DNA of 64,000 nucleotides. Origin: Bigelowiella natans CCMP2755 (Eukaryota > Protista > Cercozoa). Positions 26,358 to 39,971 of the stretch are shown here, one piece after another. A program made the position numbers and the translations under genes. How positions within the stretch are numbered: the stretch's first letter is position 1; each line of letters starts with the position of its first letter. Under the pieces are notes generated by a model. The model saw nothing but the letters and a program-made list of their open reading frames with translations. It was not told the origin of the DNA and did no database searches. The DNA is taken from positions 1-64,000 of the forward strand of contig ADNK01001091.1 in assembly GCA_000320545.1 (NCBI GenBank), written 5' to 3'.

Positions 26358-27218
26358 TGACGAGATGTTTATCCAGAAGGAACAATAGCGCTCTGTACAC
26401 ACAAGTGTTTAGCCATAACATGCAACGACAAAGCAGCGGCGACTTAAAAGTCAAGAGACGATTAACCAATACGAGAGTATGTAGTTCCTCTCGCTTAGGA
26501 GTCCTCCCCCTAGTTGCCATTTGTAGCTTTTTATTTATTTATTGGTATGTCGCTAGTCTCCTTCGGAGAGGGAGGGGACCCAAAGTATCAGCTGTCTTAA
26601 GCAAACTAGCAAGCAAATAACCGACAAAATACGCTGCATATTGTTACTGGAAGGTAGCGAGGGTAAAAGTTATTATTAATATATCGATATGTCTCGATAA
26701 AGAACTTGTGTTGGAATAGCGAAAGGCATCATAGCTAGATAGACGGGCAGCCATTCGTATCTGCCTGGCTCGCTAGTTCGTCACACATGCACATGTCTGC
26801 TTGTGCTGCATGTGCTCGATGTAAGCGCCATTTGTCATGAGACGCCTACTAGCTAGCTAGAGCTGATATTGGCGACGCAAACCTTTAAAGTTTCGTGTGA
26901 CATGCGTGCATCGATCGCATATACATAATCGCAAATAACAATACGTGTATAAACGGCATATAAATGCATTATAGCATGAGCAAATAACCGAGATGCATGT
27001 CGCATGGGTCAATGCAAATCACATGCTACGCGAGCACTACGCTACGTACGCCAACGCAGCATGTGCGATGCATGCAGGTATCGTACATCCAATTCGGTTG
27101 AACAATCTAATAAAGAATATAATGATAAATGTAGATGCTCGTGAGGAGCAATTGTACACTACAATTCAAAATATAGAGACCTAGTCGACGACACATGACC
27201 TATACTCTGCTGCACGAA

Positions 27219-28838
27219 TTAAATAGCGTCGACACCGCCATTGCCATCAAACCATTGCTTTAAGTTCACGTGCAGGTAAACGTTGCAGGCTGCGGGTGTC
27301 CATGTTTCTGCATGGCCATCTTCCCAAGCCATATACGCTTCTACTTGAGACGGGTCGTACACCAAAGACATAACGTGGGTTGAATCCTGAAAGTTAGATC
27401 TATCGCAACTCCCATAATCCGGGCCTTTGATCCCGAGGAGAGACGTAATATTCACAGCTCCCTCTGCAGTCAATTTCATGCCTCCAGTCGTTGCTTCTGA
27501 GAGTCTATCATGTAGCAAGAAGTATCGCATGACTGTATCATTCCACAAAGGTTCCCCGTACTTCATCACTAACGGGTGAAGCGCATGATTGCTTCGGTAT
27601 ACTGCGTCGTGCATAGGCTCACCAATCCTCACCGATTTCCCACCATTGTTTGGCCATGAGCACTTGCGACCATCTGTGATTGTGCCATTGACGCATGAAA
27701 AAGTAGCCTTTCTTTCAATATCAGAATCACCCACAAATTCGCCATTAAATCCCGCCATGGTTTCCAACGCGACAGCAGCTGGGCCATGGGGCGCATCTTT
27801 TGCACTCCCGACTAAAAAGTTGAAAGCTGCCGAGTTTGGTCGAGATGCCCACATTTTACGTGCTTCTTGCAAAGTTGTGGCTTGACCCAGAAGTTCTCGC
27901 AGTCTAAGAGGCCACGGAATTCCATCAAATGAAACATTTCCGTTGTCAAGATTGGCTTCCGATACTGTAATCCCGGCCTCAGACATTCCACCAAGAGCGC
28001 CAAAATATCCGGCAAACCCCATTGTTGCATACGCATGTTGTCCAGACAATCTGTAGACTGTGAGAATCTTATGCTTCGATATTCCGGTATCTGAGGTAAT
28101 GTCAAGATTTCTCGAGCTCAACAATCTCCCATGCTCGGTCACACTTCCCCAAGCTGCAAAGAAATCACAGTGTCCTGTGGATCTTTGAGTCGGTTGCGGA
28201 ACAAGAAGAAGACTTTGAAGCGCAGAACGAATCTCTGGAATTCGTGAGCTGCATGTTGATGTATTGGATGGTGGTCCATGTCGTTTGATTTCATTCTGAA
28301 CAAGAATCTCGATATTCTGAGTATCAGACGGAAGATTAGAAACGGTCAAAACACGTGCAACTTTTCTTCCCAAATCTTTGATCCCAGCTTTGACGCCACC
28401 TCTTTTGATTCCCTCCAATTCAAGTAGGAAAGACTTTGGAGTCCATTCTCTCAATGAACAATCCCAAAGCCAATCAATCACAGGAATCATTGATGAGTTT
28501 AGTTTCTGGGCGACCCAAATATCATGTAGTTGCGAAGCTGAACTTCCGAGAATTTCACCATAAGCCTCGCCTACATCCTCAGGCGAACCAGATAAATCAA
28601 ATAAATTTATATCTCCAAGAGAATATGAATCATCCCCGCTCAGCGAGATCGAGTATAACTTGCCCGCGCCATTCGAAGAGGTGTTCAAAAGGGTGAATCC
28701 GGATGCCTTCGATATTCGGGGCTTATACTTCAAGCGGTATGAAGGGTGCGGTAATCCATTTCCCCCCCCTAATTCCTTCTGAAACTTTGAAGAGGTACAA
28801 AGCAGCAGAAGCGAGATAGCTACCCGTCTCAACGCCAT
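27219..28838 (-). CDS. Secreted Ntn-hydrolase, peptidase C45/acyl-CoA:6-APA acyltransferase family (Dictyostelium Dcd1-like), intronless
   Basis: Signal peptide MALRRVAISLLLLC. Autocleavage nucleophile context GH|CDFFAAWG..T.HGRLLSSRNLD. Also GFAGYFGALGGMSEAGITVSE and PWPLRLRELL. Confidence 0.8.
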   Translation of the reverse strand: MALRRVAISLLLLCTSSKFQKELGGGNGLPHPSYRLKYKPRISKASGFTLLNTSSNGAGKLYSISLSGDDSYSLGDINLFDLSGSPEDVGEAYGEILGSSASQLHDIWVAQKLNSSMIPVIDWLWDCSLREWTPKSFLLELEGIKRGGVKAGIKDLGRKVARVLTVSNLPSDTQNIEILVQNEIKRHGPPSNTSTCSSRIPEIRSALQSLLLVPQPTQRSTGHCDFFAAWGSVTEHGRLLSSRNLDITSDTGISKHKILTVYRLSGQHAYATMGFAGYFGALGGMSEAGITVSEANLDNGNVSFDGIPWPLRLRELLGQATTLQEARKMWASRPNSAAFNFLVGSAKDAPHGPAAVALETMAGFNGEFVGDSDIERKATFSCVNGTITDGRKCSWPNNGGKSVRIGEPMHDAVYRSNHALHPLVMKYGEPLWNDTVMRYFLLHDRLSEATTGGMKLTAEGAVNITSLLGIKGPDYGSCDRSNFQDSTHVMSLVYDPSQVEAYMAWEDGHAETWTPAACNVYLHVNLKQWFDGNGGVDAI

Positions 28839-29057
28839 GATGGTCAAGAAGACTGAATGTGTGTATTATGAGCCATTTGCATATCTAAATCCACATCCAT
28901 GCTTTGTCGCACTACATAAATGTATGATAAACAACCCCACTTTATTGATAATTCCATCATAGCCATGCTTTTTCCATGCGCGACCTGAGGTCATTCGTCA
29001 TGTTGCTGCATTCACCTGAAGTTTGAAGTCGCAGGGAATAATCCAAAGGATATTTAT

Positions 29058-30695
29058 ATGGGAAAATATCGGACAAGGCTTGTCGCAAGAGGATTTCGGT
29101 ATTCGTCTTCTCACTCACACTCCCTACTTGAGGCATCGCTCCTTCCAGCCGTAAAAGACCCGGTGGTGATGGCAGGGATCGTCCAGAATCCCATTCCTAG
29201 TGAAACGTTGGATACCCTCAAATGCGAGATGTATCGTCGCATAGGCCCGGTGCCGAAAATGCATGCAGAGTCGCTTCTGACAGATCTTATTAAAAGTACG
29301 TACATCTATCACAGGACGCCGACCCCGAAGAAGTCACCACGGCTCTTAGAGCGCTCAATGGAAGGGTTGCTACTTATCATTTCTGGATTCACACAAAATC
29401 AGTATAGTATAGAAACATGTTCGCCTTGGGTTCGTAAATATGATCTTTAAGGGTTCCTTGCTTCTGCCTATCGTTGTTTCATGCTGCCAGGTTGGATGGG
29501 CCGTCAACTACTTCTGGAGACATGTAAGATGGGCAATGGGGTTGATGTATGGGGAATGCTTATCTATTGCATATTCTAATGTACTCATGTTTGCGATTAG
29601 GTGGCCGCTGACCTTCCCAGAAGCCGTAAATTACTTCGAAAACATCGATCGGAACATATTCTCAGTGGAGGGCAGGAGGATTCAAGTTCGGGAGCGGCCA
29701 GAGTAGTACTCTGTTCGATTGTAATACCCTTGATAATATTTCTGATACATACGATGGATGTTCTAAAGGATGGCAACACCAGGAATGATCGACAAACCTG
29801 TGATTTTGCCATTGATAAGCTGCCCGCAGGGGTGCTGCAAAGGCTTTTCACATTTTTCTCACCAATTTATCGCCTAGCTGTCTTCACCAAAGTGTCCGTG
29901 GTAAACAACTCTTCGCAACACCTAGATGGGGAAATTGGAGCGAGGGGAGAGCAGATGGGGATGGGGGAAACGGCAAGTTTTCTACGGAGCTATTGATTTC
30001 GTCAATAATGTTGTTTTTTTTAAATCAGAGATGGCATAATATCGTTTGCAATGATGCTGCATGGCGAGAGGTGATTTTGTTCCACAATGTCTTGGAAAAT
30101 CAAGGAAAGTATAATTTGCGTGTAATCAGTTATACGAGTCACATAATTGGAAATCGATAGAGCCGGAGCAGGCATCTAAGTACTGCATAAAGAGCAGTGA
30201 GGTATGATTGAGGGACGGGAGAAAAGCGATGTTGTATAAGTTCAGTTGAAATTTTCATTGAGAATAATACTTATCAGACACATTATAATTTTTATGCGAA
30301 ACTAGATGCGGCTCCCGTATCCTACGACAGCTGGGGCTGGTGGTACAACTCATTTCTTTTCCTCAACACCTGCTGACCGAAAATCCGGCAGCAAAAGGCA
30401 ACTCAGAGATAGATCTCGTCGTCGTCGCAGCAGTAGCATCAACAGTAGTCACAGGAAGAATGTGGGTATCTCCTCTAAAGTGAAGAACGATTCGGATGAG
30501 ATAGTTGCTGGAAAAAAAGGAGTGAAACAAGAATTAGGGCAGCAAGTTCAGACAGCAGTCAAAAGGAAAAAGCTCCTTCCAAATAGGGGAAGTGAGGTAT
30601 GGAAGCAAAGGTAGCAATGTTACTTTATGTTCCTCGTGATCTTTGTCACACCTTGTGTCATCCATCACCACAATTATCATCATCGTCATGTACTC

Positions 30696-30737
<42 letters not shown>

Positions 30738-31800
30738 CCCTTCTATCTCCGTCTCTGTCTCTTGTGCCATCATGGTAAGCGGTATTATCAATGTAGGTTT
30801 AAGCGACGATATCTGTGGGAAGAGCGCCGCACCTGTCCAAGGAAAAATTGCGATGGTAACACCAAAAAAGAGAGGGAAATTCTGTCTCGCCCTCAGCTTA
30901 TAATTGTGCTGCACATGCAGGATTTTGCAAGTCATGGAGTGTATGCCCCGTTTTATATGGCTTTCCTTCCGTTAACCTCATTCCTGGTATTATTGTCAAA
31001 CACCACTTCCTGACTTTCACTATCAATGGATGGAACATCTGTTTTTCGAATCGCACAAGAAAATATCTCATCGATGCTACTGTATGTAAATCTGGTGAAA
31101 TTCAAAACCGCGAAACATCCAGCGGAAACTGCGACAGTTGTTGTTCCAGCCATGGCTATTCGCACCAATAAACGGCGATGTGTTTTTAATAATACCATCT
31201 GTATTTCGAAGATATATGATTTCGACATTTCTTTCCCTCCTTTAGCCATACGGGAGGGTTTATTTCTCCTCGGCATGGACCATATTCCGATGGGGGAGTG
31301 GAAGCTACCTACGGTCGAAGACTATTTGAAAACGATGCAATTACCTGATATTACAGTAAAATTCCTTGAATTTTAAACGGAAAAACTGATGCTCTTTGTC
31401 GATGGTTAGAAATAAGTTAGTATTTCTTCATAGATGGAAATCGTGGTGCTTCTTCGTAATCACATGTTGAATGTATGTCTAAGATTACTCTGTATTTCGA
31501 GTTAAAGAATCAGAGAATACATCATCAAAGGAATTGTGTCCTTCTTTATCCTCACGTTGGCTATTCTATAATTCTTCTGATTAGTGGATGTGTAAGAGCT
31601 GTCGAATCGCCTGGATTAGGTCTTTGTTCACTTCGACAGCATCAATTGCAACAACCATGGACATGTTGCTCAAAGCTCTCATATTCGTTTGATAGACTCG
31701 TAGCACTGAATCGTACTAACTTGCCCAAAAAAGGTATCCTTGGCGAACGACACAAGACTACTACGAGAATGATGCTAAAGATAATGATAGAGAAATAATA
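29058..31800 (+). CDS. F-box protein with probable C-terminal Cys (zinc-ribbon-like) motif, multi-exon
   Basis: IDKLPAGVLQRLFTFFSPIYRLAVFTK/..RWHNIVCNDAAWRE (29811-30070) is an F-box. Later exons: WKQR/FKRRYLWEERRTCPRKNCD and LAIREGLFLLGMDHIPMGEWKLP. Ends are approximate. Confidence 0.6.
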
Positions 31801-32277
31801 CTACCAACGTAGTCGTGTCAAGTGAAAATGTTGTGAAGACAATGTGACGTCCGCCTGAAGAATTGAGGTGCTCATCCAACAATGTTATTGCGAACAGCAA
31901 TTAATTGCCCAACATGGTGCTTGAGAAGTTTGTTTTTGAGACTCCAACATCACTTCAAATTATAGAAACATCGTGATACACTACATATGTCACATGCATA
32001 GCATACAGTATCTATAGTCAAAGCGACCAGATTCGACGCAATGCCTATTCAACAAAAGCTCTTGAGCTTGGAATGTGCCGCACTCACTCGTCACTCGTCA
32101 TGTGTTGACGCTACAAGTGTTCGCGCAGCTAGATGCACTCGACAAGCAGCGCTGCTGTAGTTTTGTGGAGGTGTTATTTTCGGCACGCGCAATACCCGTG
32201 CCCGCGTGTGCGCGTACGTGTACGTTGTGTATGCACATATCAATTGTTCTTTCATAGCTTTCGGACTATTTTTGAAT

Positions 32278-33779
32278 TCATCTGCTGTAGTGAAGATTGA
32301 CATGAGAGATCTCAAACTTATGTTGTCGCACAGGCTGGCCTTCTTTCGAAAGATAACCGCATCCCACTGAGATAATCCTTTGGTTAGATTCGACTTGGAA
32401 GGCACGTAGAGTTTTATCACGGCTTCCACTGTCGATACGTATCCTCATGAGACCACCTCTAGAGTCCATCGGGACCTTGTAGAAGCAATAATTAGAATTA
32501 TGAATGTACTTGATTCAGCATAAAAGCAGAAGAACTTGTAAGTAAGTATTTGGAATATACGCAATACCAGATATCCAACAGCTCCCTTTCCGCAGAGCTT
32601 GATTGTAGTTTTATTCTTGCGAAGCGTTAATTCCTGAAAACCAAAATGGTTCTTTGATCGACCTCCCCGGCGTTTTCGATCCACGTTCCAGGCGACCACG
32701 AGCAGCTTCTTCGCTATCCTTGACTAAACGGTGAAACAAGATAAACTTCTAATGTGGAAAATATTACGATGGCATCGTATTCTTCTGAAACATCCTATTA
32801 TAATGGAGTCGAACAAGAATCGAGAGCACCCCCCGTTTGCATCCTCTCTAAAATGTGATGGTCCGGATGCATTTTTAGGTCGTCATGTACTTGAAAGCTT
32901 GTATATCACATGGATGATTCAATGTGAAGGATGAGGAAGATATTAACCTTTTCTTCTGCTTTGGAAGGCCTGAGGGGGACAGTTATATATGACAAATGAC
33001 GATCACTGTTTATGCATCCGACGGAAAGATGAAATCGTTGGCTTTGGGAAGAGATGAGTACATGTTCGAGGAGTCCAAAACAAATGGCTTCAACAAAGGC
33101 ATAAACGTGTCAGGACTACTGCCCAGATCATCAAAATCCAATGATGAAGGTGCTGAAGTCAGGGATTTTGAGCTGTCTTCCATGAACCCAAACGATGAGT
33201 CATTCGTGCAGTTTGTTGTAGAGGATATTCTCCGCATTTCAGAAACTTCAGTATCCGTCGGCTTTCGTTTCCACGCTGCACATATCTGCCCAGTATCTTC
33301 TATTTCGAAGATCAAGCAACGCATTCCTGTCCCTCCCCTTTTTTGGAACTCTGCCTTGAGGAGAGAAACCTCGATCGCATACTTGAGCTGTTGATGGTTA
33401 CCACTGATTAATAGATTATCGTAGTTCAACAGCTCGAAACCACGCGTTTCATTCTCAACGCTTCGCTTGCTGGACTCGGCCATGCTTCCAAAGGAAAATG
33501 TGAAGCAGGCACTCATCTTCGTACGTCCCTGGATACACGAAGCGTGGGGATGACGAAAGCCGGTGTGTGTGCTTGAATTTTATGCTATTTCGGGTCTCGT
33601 TCCGAAATTGAGTATGAACAAATCCAAGAGGATTTCTGCAAAACGACAAAGCTGAGTACCAGAATTACCAGAAAATGCGATACGCTTTTCTGCTCAGCAT
33701 CTTCGCTTCAGAAATACTGAAGGAGCTCGCGGCAAAACTTTGGAGCGGTATTGTGTTCTCGCGACATGGGTTTTGACAT
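32278..33779 (-). CDS. Uncharacterised multi-exon protein, possibly C2-domain-like
   Basis: Beta-strand-like exons LKYAIEVSLLKAEF..RCLIFEIEDTG and LLVVAWNVDRKRRGGRSKNHFGFQELTL. Strand assignment is not certain because the + strand ORF 32996..33394 overlaps. Confidence 0.35.
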
Positions 33780-34153
33780 AATTTTTTACAGAAACATAGA
33801 AGGTTTAGGAAATGCAACAGTTTTGTACAAGCTAAGTGCTGATCGAGTTCGTCTTACATGTATCACATTGTTCAAACGTCAACCTAAATCCAGAAATAAT
33901 AGGATGAATCATTAATGCGACAACTACTTTCGGTGATGGAGGAGCTCGAAGGATATTTATTAGCTGAGACAATCATTTTCTGCCTGTCGCAATATCAATA
34001 TCCCAATCTCTGAACCGAATTTTAATTATGTACCCCAGAATCGTTCGGTCACGTCGACCCCAAACAACCAGTCATAACCCCATCCCCCCCCCAAAGTGGA
34101 TAATAGTCGCACATCGCTCAAGGCGTTCTGGAAAATTCAGATAAGCTCAGAAT

Positions 34154-34477
34154 ATGGAGCAAAGACGTTATTCGGGCGTCCTTGCAACAGGGCTCGCTGC
34201 ATCTTTGATGGTGCTTGCCCTGTATGGTAATGAAGCTCCAGGGGGAAAGTCGATGAAACTTCTCGCGTCCCCTATACAACGACATGGCATTTCACTGCCA
34301 TCCACATATTTAGCACCAATAGTACGTCGTTCAAATTATCGCCAAGGCTCTGAGCCTACGGCCATGAACGCAAACAAAGGAGCTATTCGAAAAACTGGAA
34401 TGGCCGTGCATAGTAACATCCCACCATCCTGCAGCGATGGGAAGGAACCCTGGGAGCAATCAACGATGGGATTCTCA

Positions 34478-34509
<32 letters not shown>

Positions 34510-35841
34510 GCAGCACATGGATAAATCAACACCATGGTCTCCATCGGAACCTACTCCTCGACGAAAAGTTCTGCAAGGCTCGAGTGCTTTGGGGGCTGCT
34601 GTAGCAGGGTTATTGACGGCTTCTTCCCTTGACCTCAAGGGTCTCTCGATGAATGGACCCGAGGCTCAAGCTGCCACGATGGCAGTGGAGCAAGTCGATT
34701 CGGCGCCAAAAGCTGATAGTAGCGAGGTTGTCGACTGCCTCTTCCAGCAGTGCCGTTTGGAGGTATCCCCTACGTCGTCTTCCCATTTTATCTGATAATG
34801 TCGGTGAAACAAGGATGATGATGATGGCTCTCATATTATTATGGTAATTATATCGTAGTTGTTCGCATGCCTCGCGAATACGGTCTGTGCTGCCAACTTG
34901 GTATGCCTCTCCCAGTGTACCGGAAAGCCAGATGAAAGCGCTTGTCAGGTAGCAGTTGCAGAGCATAGCACATCAATCATTAATCGATGTCACTACGATA
35001 TATTTGCTCTCCATTGTCGTTACTATCGTGTCGGTGCGTGGGTGACTAAATCCTGTATACATAATAGGTACGATGCGGAGACCTTTTCCAAACGAGCGCA
35101 ATTGATAGGTGGTTGAGTTGATGTAATTCCCAACCTCGACTCTTTCCTGCATGCAGTGTGAGAATGAATGACTACCACGTATGCCTATCGTCAACGCAAT
35201 TATTTCCTTCAGATTCAACGATTGCGCCATTAGCCGAGGCAAGTGTGTGAAGCAGAGGTTGGATGATGGCGGGTATGTATGTGCGATCCATTGCCTCTTC
35301 CACAACCCAACCACCACCACCACCACCACCACCAAGACGACGATGATGTTGATAATGAGGCGAGGATAATCGTCTGACAGTGCTGCCCACATCTCTGCTA
35401 CACAATACGAGAAAATATATGCAGTATATTCTGCATGTGCTCATGACGCCCGTCCCTCCTGCCCCACCCGTTATTCGTTTCTTCAACATTAGATATCCTG
35501 TCCCACCCCCCGAAGCTCTTGTCTCTGAGTTCGACGCATCAAAGGTAAGACGATGAACGTGGTCGGTGATGATGGCCAATGGTCACGACAGTCATGTCAA
35601 TGATGAGAGTGAGCATGTACTATGATGATGATGATGATGATGATGATAATGATGAGGATGTTAATGATAATGATTGCGAGATGGTGCGAAATGATAACAA
35701 GCTGTATTCTTCTTCTTCTTCTTACAGTTCACCGGCGATTGGTACATTACACTGGGAGAGAACGAGCTTTTTGATACGTTTGACTGCCAACTTCACACCT
35801 TTTCGTGGGATGAAAAGGTACTCCTCCTCCTCCTCCTCCTG

Positions 35842-35872
<31 letters not shown>

Positions 35873-35988
35873 ATAGAACTGCTAGCAACTTTGCAAATAC
35901 AACCCCAACCTTGAGTGTGACGACACAACAACGCAAGAATGCCTTGATGGCTCCTATTGTGATCTGTCTGTTAACGATGATGAATGAA

Positions 35989-36025
<37 letters not shown>

Positions 36026-36359
36026 GTGTATGTGTGTGTGTGTGTGTACTGCTTAGAGCAAGATGCTGAGCGGTCAGATCCGCTGGCGTGTGAGTACACC
36101 CGATGGTGGATTTCTGCAGAGGTAAGAAGGAGCAGGGAGGAGGAGGAGGAGGAGGAGGAGGAGGAGGAGGAGGAGGGAAGAGGCAGCGATGATGTAGAGC
36201 AAGAGAGAAGAGAATAAATAGAGGAATAGGTGTTCGGTATGAACCAACCTTTTCCACCAACACTAAATGCTCTTACTACTACTACTACTACTGCTGCTAC
36301 TAGTACTTTTAACTATTACTACTATTTGGAATTATAAGTTTGTTCTCGATTAAACTAAA

Positions 36360-36400
<41 letters not shown>

Positions 36401-37154
36401 CTCACCACTCACTCTCTCACTCACCGATTCAGTGACTTTCTTCTAATAACTCTTTGTCGTGACTACACACGATAAACAGGTCTGCGATCCAAACCTTTAA
36501 GCAACAGGACGAACAGCCATCACTGCTCATCAATGATGTGAGTAGTAGTTGTAGTGGGTGAGAGGAGGAGGAGGAGGAGGAAGAGATCCTGTTATCATTT
36601 ATTGCAAGTTCTCCATCATTATCTCAAGATATCGCAGCAGCACCTGCTACGTCTAAAACACTACCAACATATTATAAATATGCGTGCAGGGCAACGACTT
36701 CCTTAACTATAGCGACAACTGGTATGTAGCCTCTGCTCAGCTTGAAGGTGATGAGATTGGTTGATTCGTTGATCTTGAAGTCAGCAGTGTTTCCAGTAGC
36801 AGCCTCAGTAGAATATGTGTATACATATCATGTATGCTGGAAATGATTCAACGACTCTCGAATACTCATTACCTTCATGCTGGCTTCTTCCCTGCCCCCC
36901 CCCTCTCCGATCTGACGTCTTTGTATTAGGGAAGGACACCGATCATGTATTTGTTTACTACCGTGGTTCAAATGATGCCTGGGATGGGTAATAGAAATTG
37001 AGTTATAGGCGGCGTAGTAGGGATTCGTCAACGACGATAACAGTGATACTGATGATGGCCAATGTTTTCTTCAGATATGGAGGGGCAGTTCTTTACACCA
37101 GGCAAGCAACAATGCCGAAGGTCGTGATGTCGCTCCGTCACAATATATCATGTT

Positions 37155-37235
<81 letters not shown>

Positions 37236-38314
37236 TCGGATGAAGTACCACGTGGTGCTAAACACGCGTATGAGTGCACTAGCACGCACACAAACATCTG
37301 CTGCTCTGCTTCTCACGCAGCAGGCAGAGTAGGCAACAAATGTGAATAAAACATGGATCTCCTCCACCATATAATGATGATAGGCCTTGGAACCGATCGT
37401 AAAGAAATCGTGCGCGAAACTTCCAAGTGAGCCGGCAGAGCGCGAGCTGGACACCTACCCTCCTCTATTGAAAAATTATATAATATGTACATACGTGTAT
37501 ATAAACACAACGCGTGTAAAAGTGTGCGCGTATGTTGTTGGTTTGAGAGTATGATCGCATGCAGCTACAGTACGAAAGCTAATCCACTCTCATCAAAATG
37601 GCTGCTTCCTGCCGCTCCCCACTCCCCACCCCAAAATAGCACCCCCACGACTATTACCTTCCACTAACCCCTTCCCACGAATCATCATGGTGGTTGTTCG
37701 TCGTTGTCGTCTTACTTGTGTATGTAGCCGTCAAATACGCAAATCTGCGACGCACCAACAACGAGTGCAAGGCGGCCGCCCCGCTCATCCAGCGCCTGGA
37801 GGCGACCACTGAGAAAGTTATCGAAGAGGAATCGAAGGTTGATTGAGGGAAAGTTAGGGGGGGGGGGAGGGGGGGGAGAAGGGACGGGTGGTGTTCAGAG
37901 CGCGACTCAACGAAGCAAAGAAAACGGGTAGGAGAGGAATTCACAATTTTCTTCGAGAAAGTAGCCAGTACTGGCCCAATTGGGGGACACAACAACGACG
38001 GCAATACACTGTTCTCATAGCGGAGAACAGTGTCAAACTCATTCGTGTGCCATATCGACCACAACTTCAATATATTGAGGTGAATCGACTCCTCAGGCTA
38101 CTTGTGTTCGTTTTAGGTGTTGGTGAATGCTATAGAGAAAGAAGAAAAGGTTATACCTACTACTCGTGGGTGCTATACGATATCGTCGTCGGTATCCTAC
38201 TATCTGAACCGACTCCTGAGGCTACTTCGTCTTTCCTGTGCTCAGGTGTTGGTGAATGCCATTGAGAAAGAAGAAAAGGTTCTCGTCAAAGCTATCGAAA
38301 AGGAGGAGGAACAG

Positions 38315-38345
<31 letters not shown>

Positions 38346-38363
38346 CTATTGTTGTCGTTATTA

Positions 38364-38394
<31 letters not shown>

Positions 38395-39094
38395 CTGGTA
38401 CTCTAAAATCTTGTATAATCTCGTTGTTTGTGTCTTTATTATAGTACCTTCTTGTTTCACTGGCATGCAGCATTCGTGTTCAAACGATTCGACTCAATAA
38501 ATAGATTAAGAAATGAAGTATGCCGGGCGGTGGCGGTTGTGCTGATGGCGGTGTTGTGCTGAAATCCTTCTTATTTATTCGCAAGACCGGATTAGGTGGA
38601 AAGAAGATTACGAGCTCATCTATTTGTTTTATGTATTTTCCTTCAGATATTCTCCGGCATTGAAGAACGTGTGTTAGCTCTCGAAGGAGAGGTTTTGCCT
38701 ATTCTTATTCAAATAGTTCTGTCGGTGTCGTCATCGTTGATTGCAGCTATCAAATCACATTTGTTGTCATCATAGTGACCACTTTCTCCATCAAAAGCGG
38801 TTTATTTCCCTTCTGTCGTCCTCTTTCCTCTTTGCTCACTCTTTCTTCTTCTTCTTTCTCTTCCTAATCAGTACTATAAGGACGAAGAGATATCAGCTAG
38901 GATGAAGAAAGAGGTTGTTAACGATCTTGCCTTCTTCCTGAAGGGTGTCGGAAGAGACTTCTCTGAGGCTGAGAAGGGCGTTGAGGGGTAAATCAGTAAG
39001 GAGGAACACCAAACAATTCTTGCAGATACATTACATAGTGTAGCTTTCCTTGTAATCGTAGTTTTCTCTCTCTCTCTCTCTTCCTCTTTTATGT

Positions 39095-39132
<38 letters not shown>

Positions 39133-39312
39133 GAAGAGAGAAAGAGAAAAGCTTATGCATGAAATGAAGTGTAAGTACACTGACTCCCACTCTCTCCGGT
39201 GGCTCACTTGTAGATACGCAAAGAGACTAGGAAATGCTATTGTCCAGGGAGAGCAAAGGTGCCGGTCAATGAAAAATGAGCTGCGTTTTTTTCAATTTTT
39301 CTGTCTTTTCAG

Positions 39313-39382
<70 letters not shown>

Positions 39383-39559
39383 GTATTCCTTGACTCCTAC
39401 ATCCCTCCCCTCCTTTTCAGACTGATTGCGAAGGAAAATAACAACATTTTTGCGAAGTTCATTAGAGCAATTACGCGCGAGGTGTGTTACCTGCCACTCG
39501 TTTAACATGTCGTCGACCATCTAGCAGCTTTAGTTGAAAGATTCTTTTTTCCATCAGTT

Positions 39560-39592
<33 letters not shown>

Positions 39593-39971
39593 GACACCAC
39601 ACTCACACATACACACAAAAAGAGGGAGGGGGGGGGGTAAATGGAGAGCAAGAAAGAGTGGAGAGTATCCTTGGAAGAAAGCAAGTGTTTATTAATTCTT
39701 TCCAACCGCTCACAATGGATAGGAGGAGAAAGTGTTGAAGGAGCTCGAAATGGACGTGAAAGACGTGGAACAGCTCCTAGCGAAGGCGTTCGGTTCAGGT
39801 CAGTGTAGCGCTAACCTATTCACTACCGTACAGCTGCAGCTGTCTATTCTCCCAGTAACTCTACTTCCGTCATTTTTTGTCAACTCTCTCTTCTCTCCTG
39901 CAGGTGCTTCCTCTCAGTCGAGACGAACTTCGGGCGTTACAGGACTTGTGTCTGGCGCTGCGGCACAATAA
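34154..39971 (+). CDS. VDE: Violaxanthin de-epoxidase with bipartite plastid-targeting leader
   Basis: Signal VLATGLAASLMVLAL plus transit and lumenal RR..AQA motif. Cys-rich domain CLFQQCRLELFACLANTVCAANLVCLSQCTGKPDESACQVRCGDLF. Lipocalin exons [66 protein letters not shown]. Glu-rich tail. Confidence 0.95.
38082..38313 (+). repeat. Tandem intron+exon duplication encoding VLVNAIEKEEK repeats in the VDE acidic tail
   Basis: gaatcgactcctcaggctactt..ag|GTGTTGGTGAATGCTATAGAGAAAGAAGAAAAG is repeated as gaaccgactcctgaggctactt..ag|GTGTTGGTGAATGCCATTGAGAAAGAAGAAAAG, followed by VLVKAIEKEEEQ. Confidence 0.85.

Noticed and set aside
29058-29100. MGKYRTRLVARGF resembles the Ty1/copia reverse-transcriptase motif KARLVARGF
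   Set aside because: No YVDD, RNase H, integrase or LTRs nearby. The context is the 5' end of a spliced F-box gene, so this is probably coincidence.
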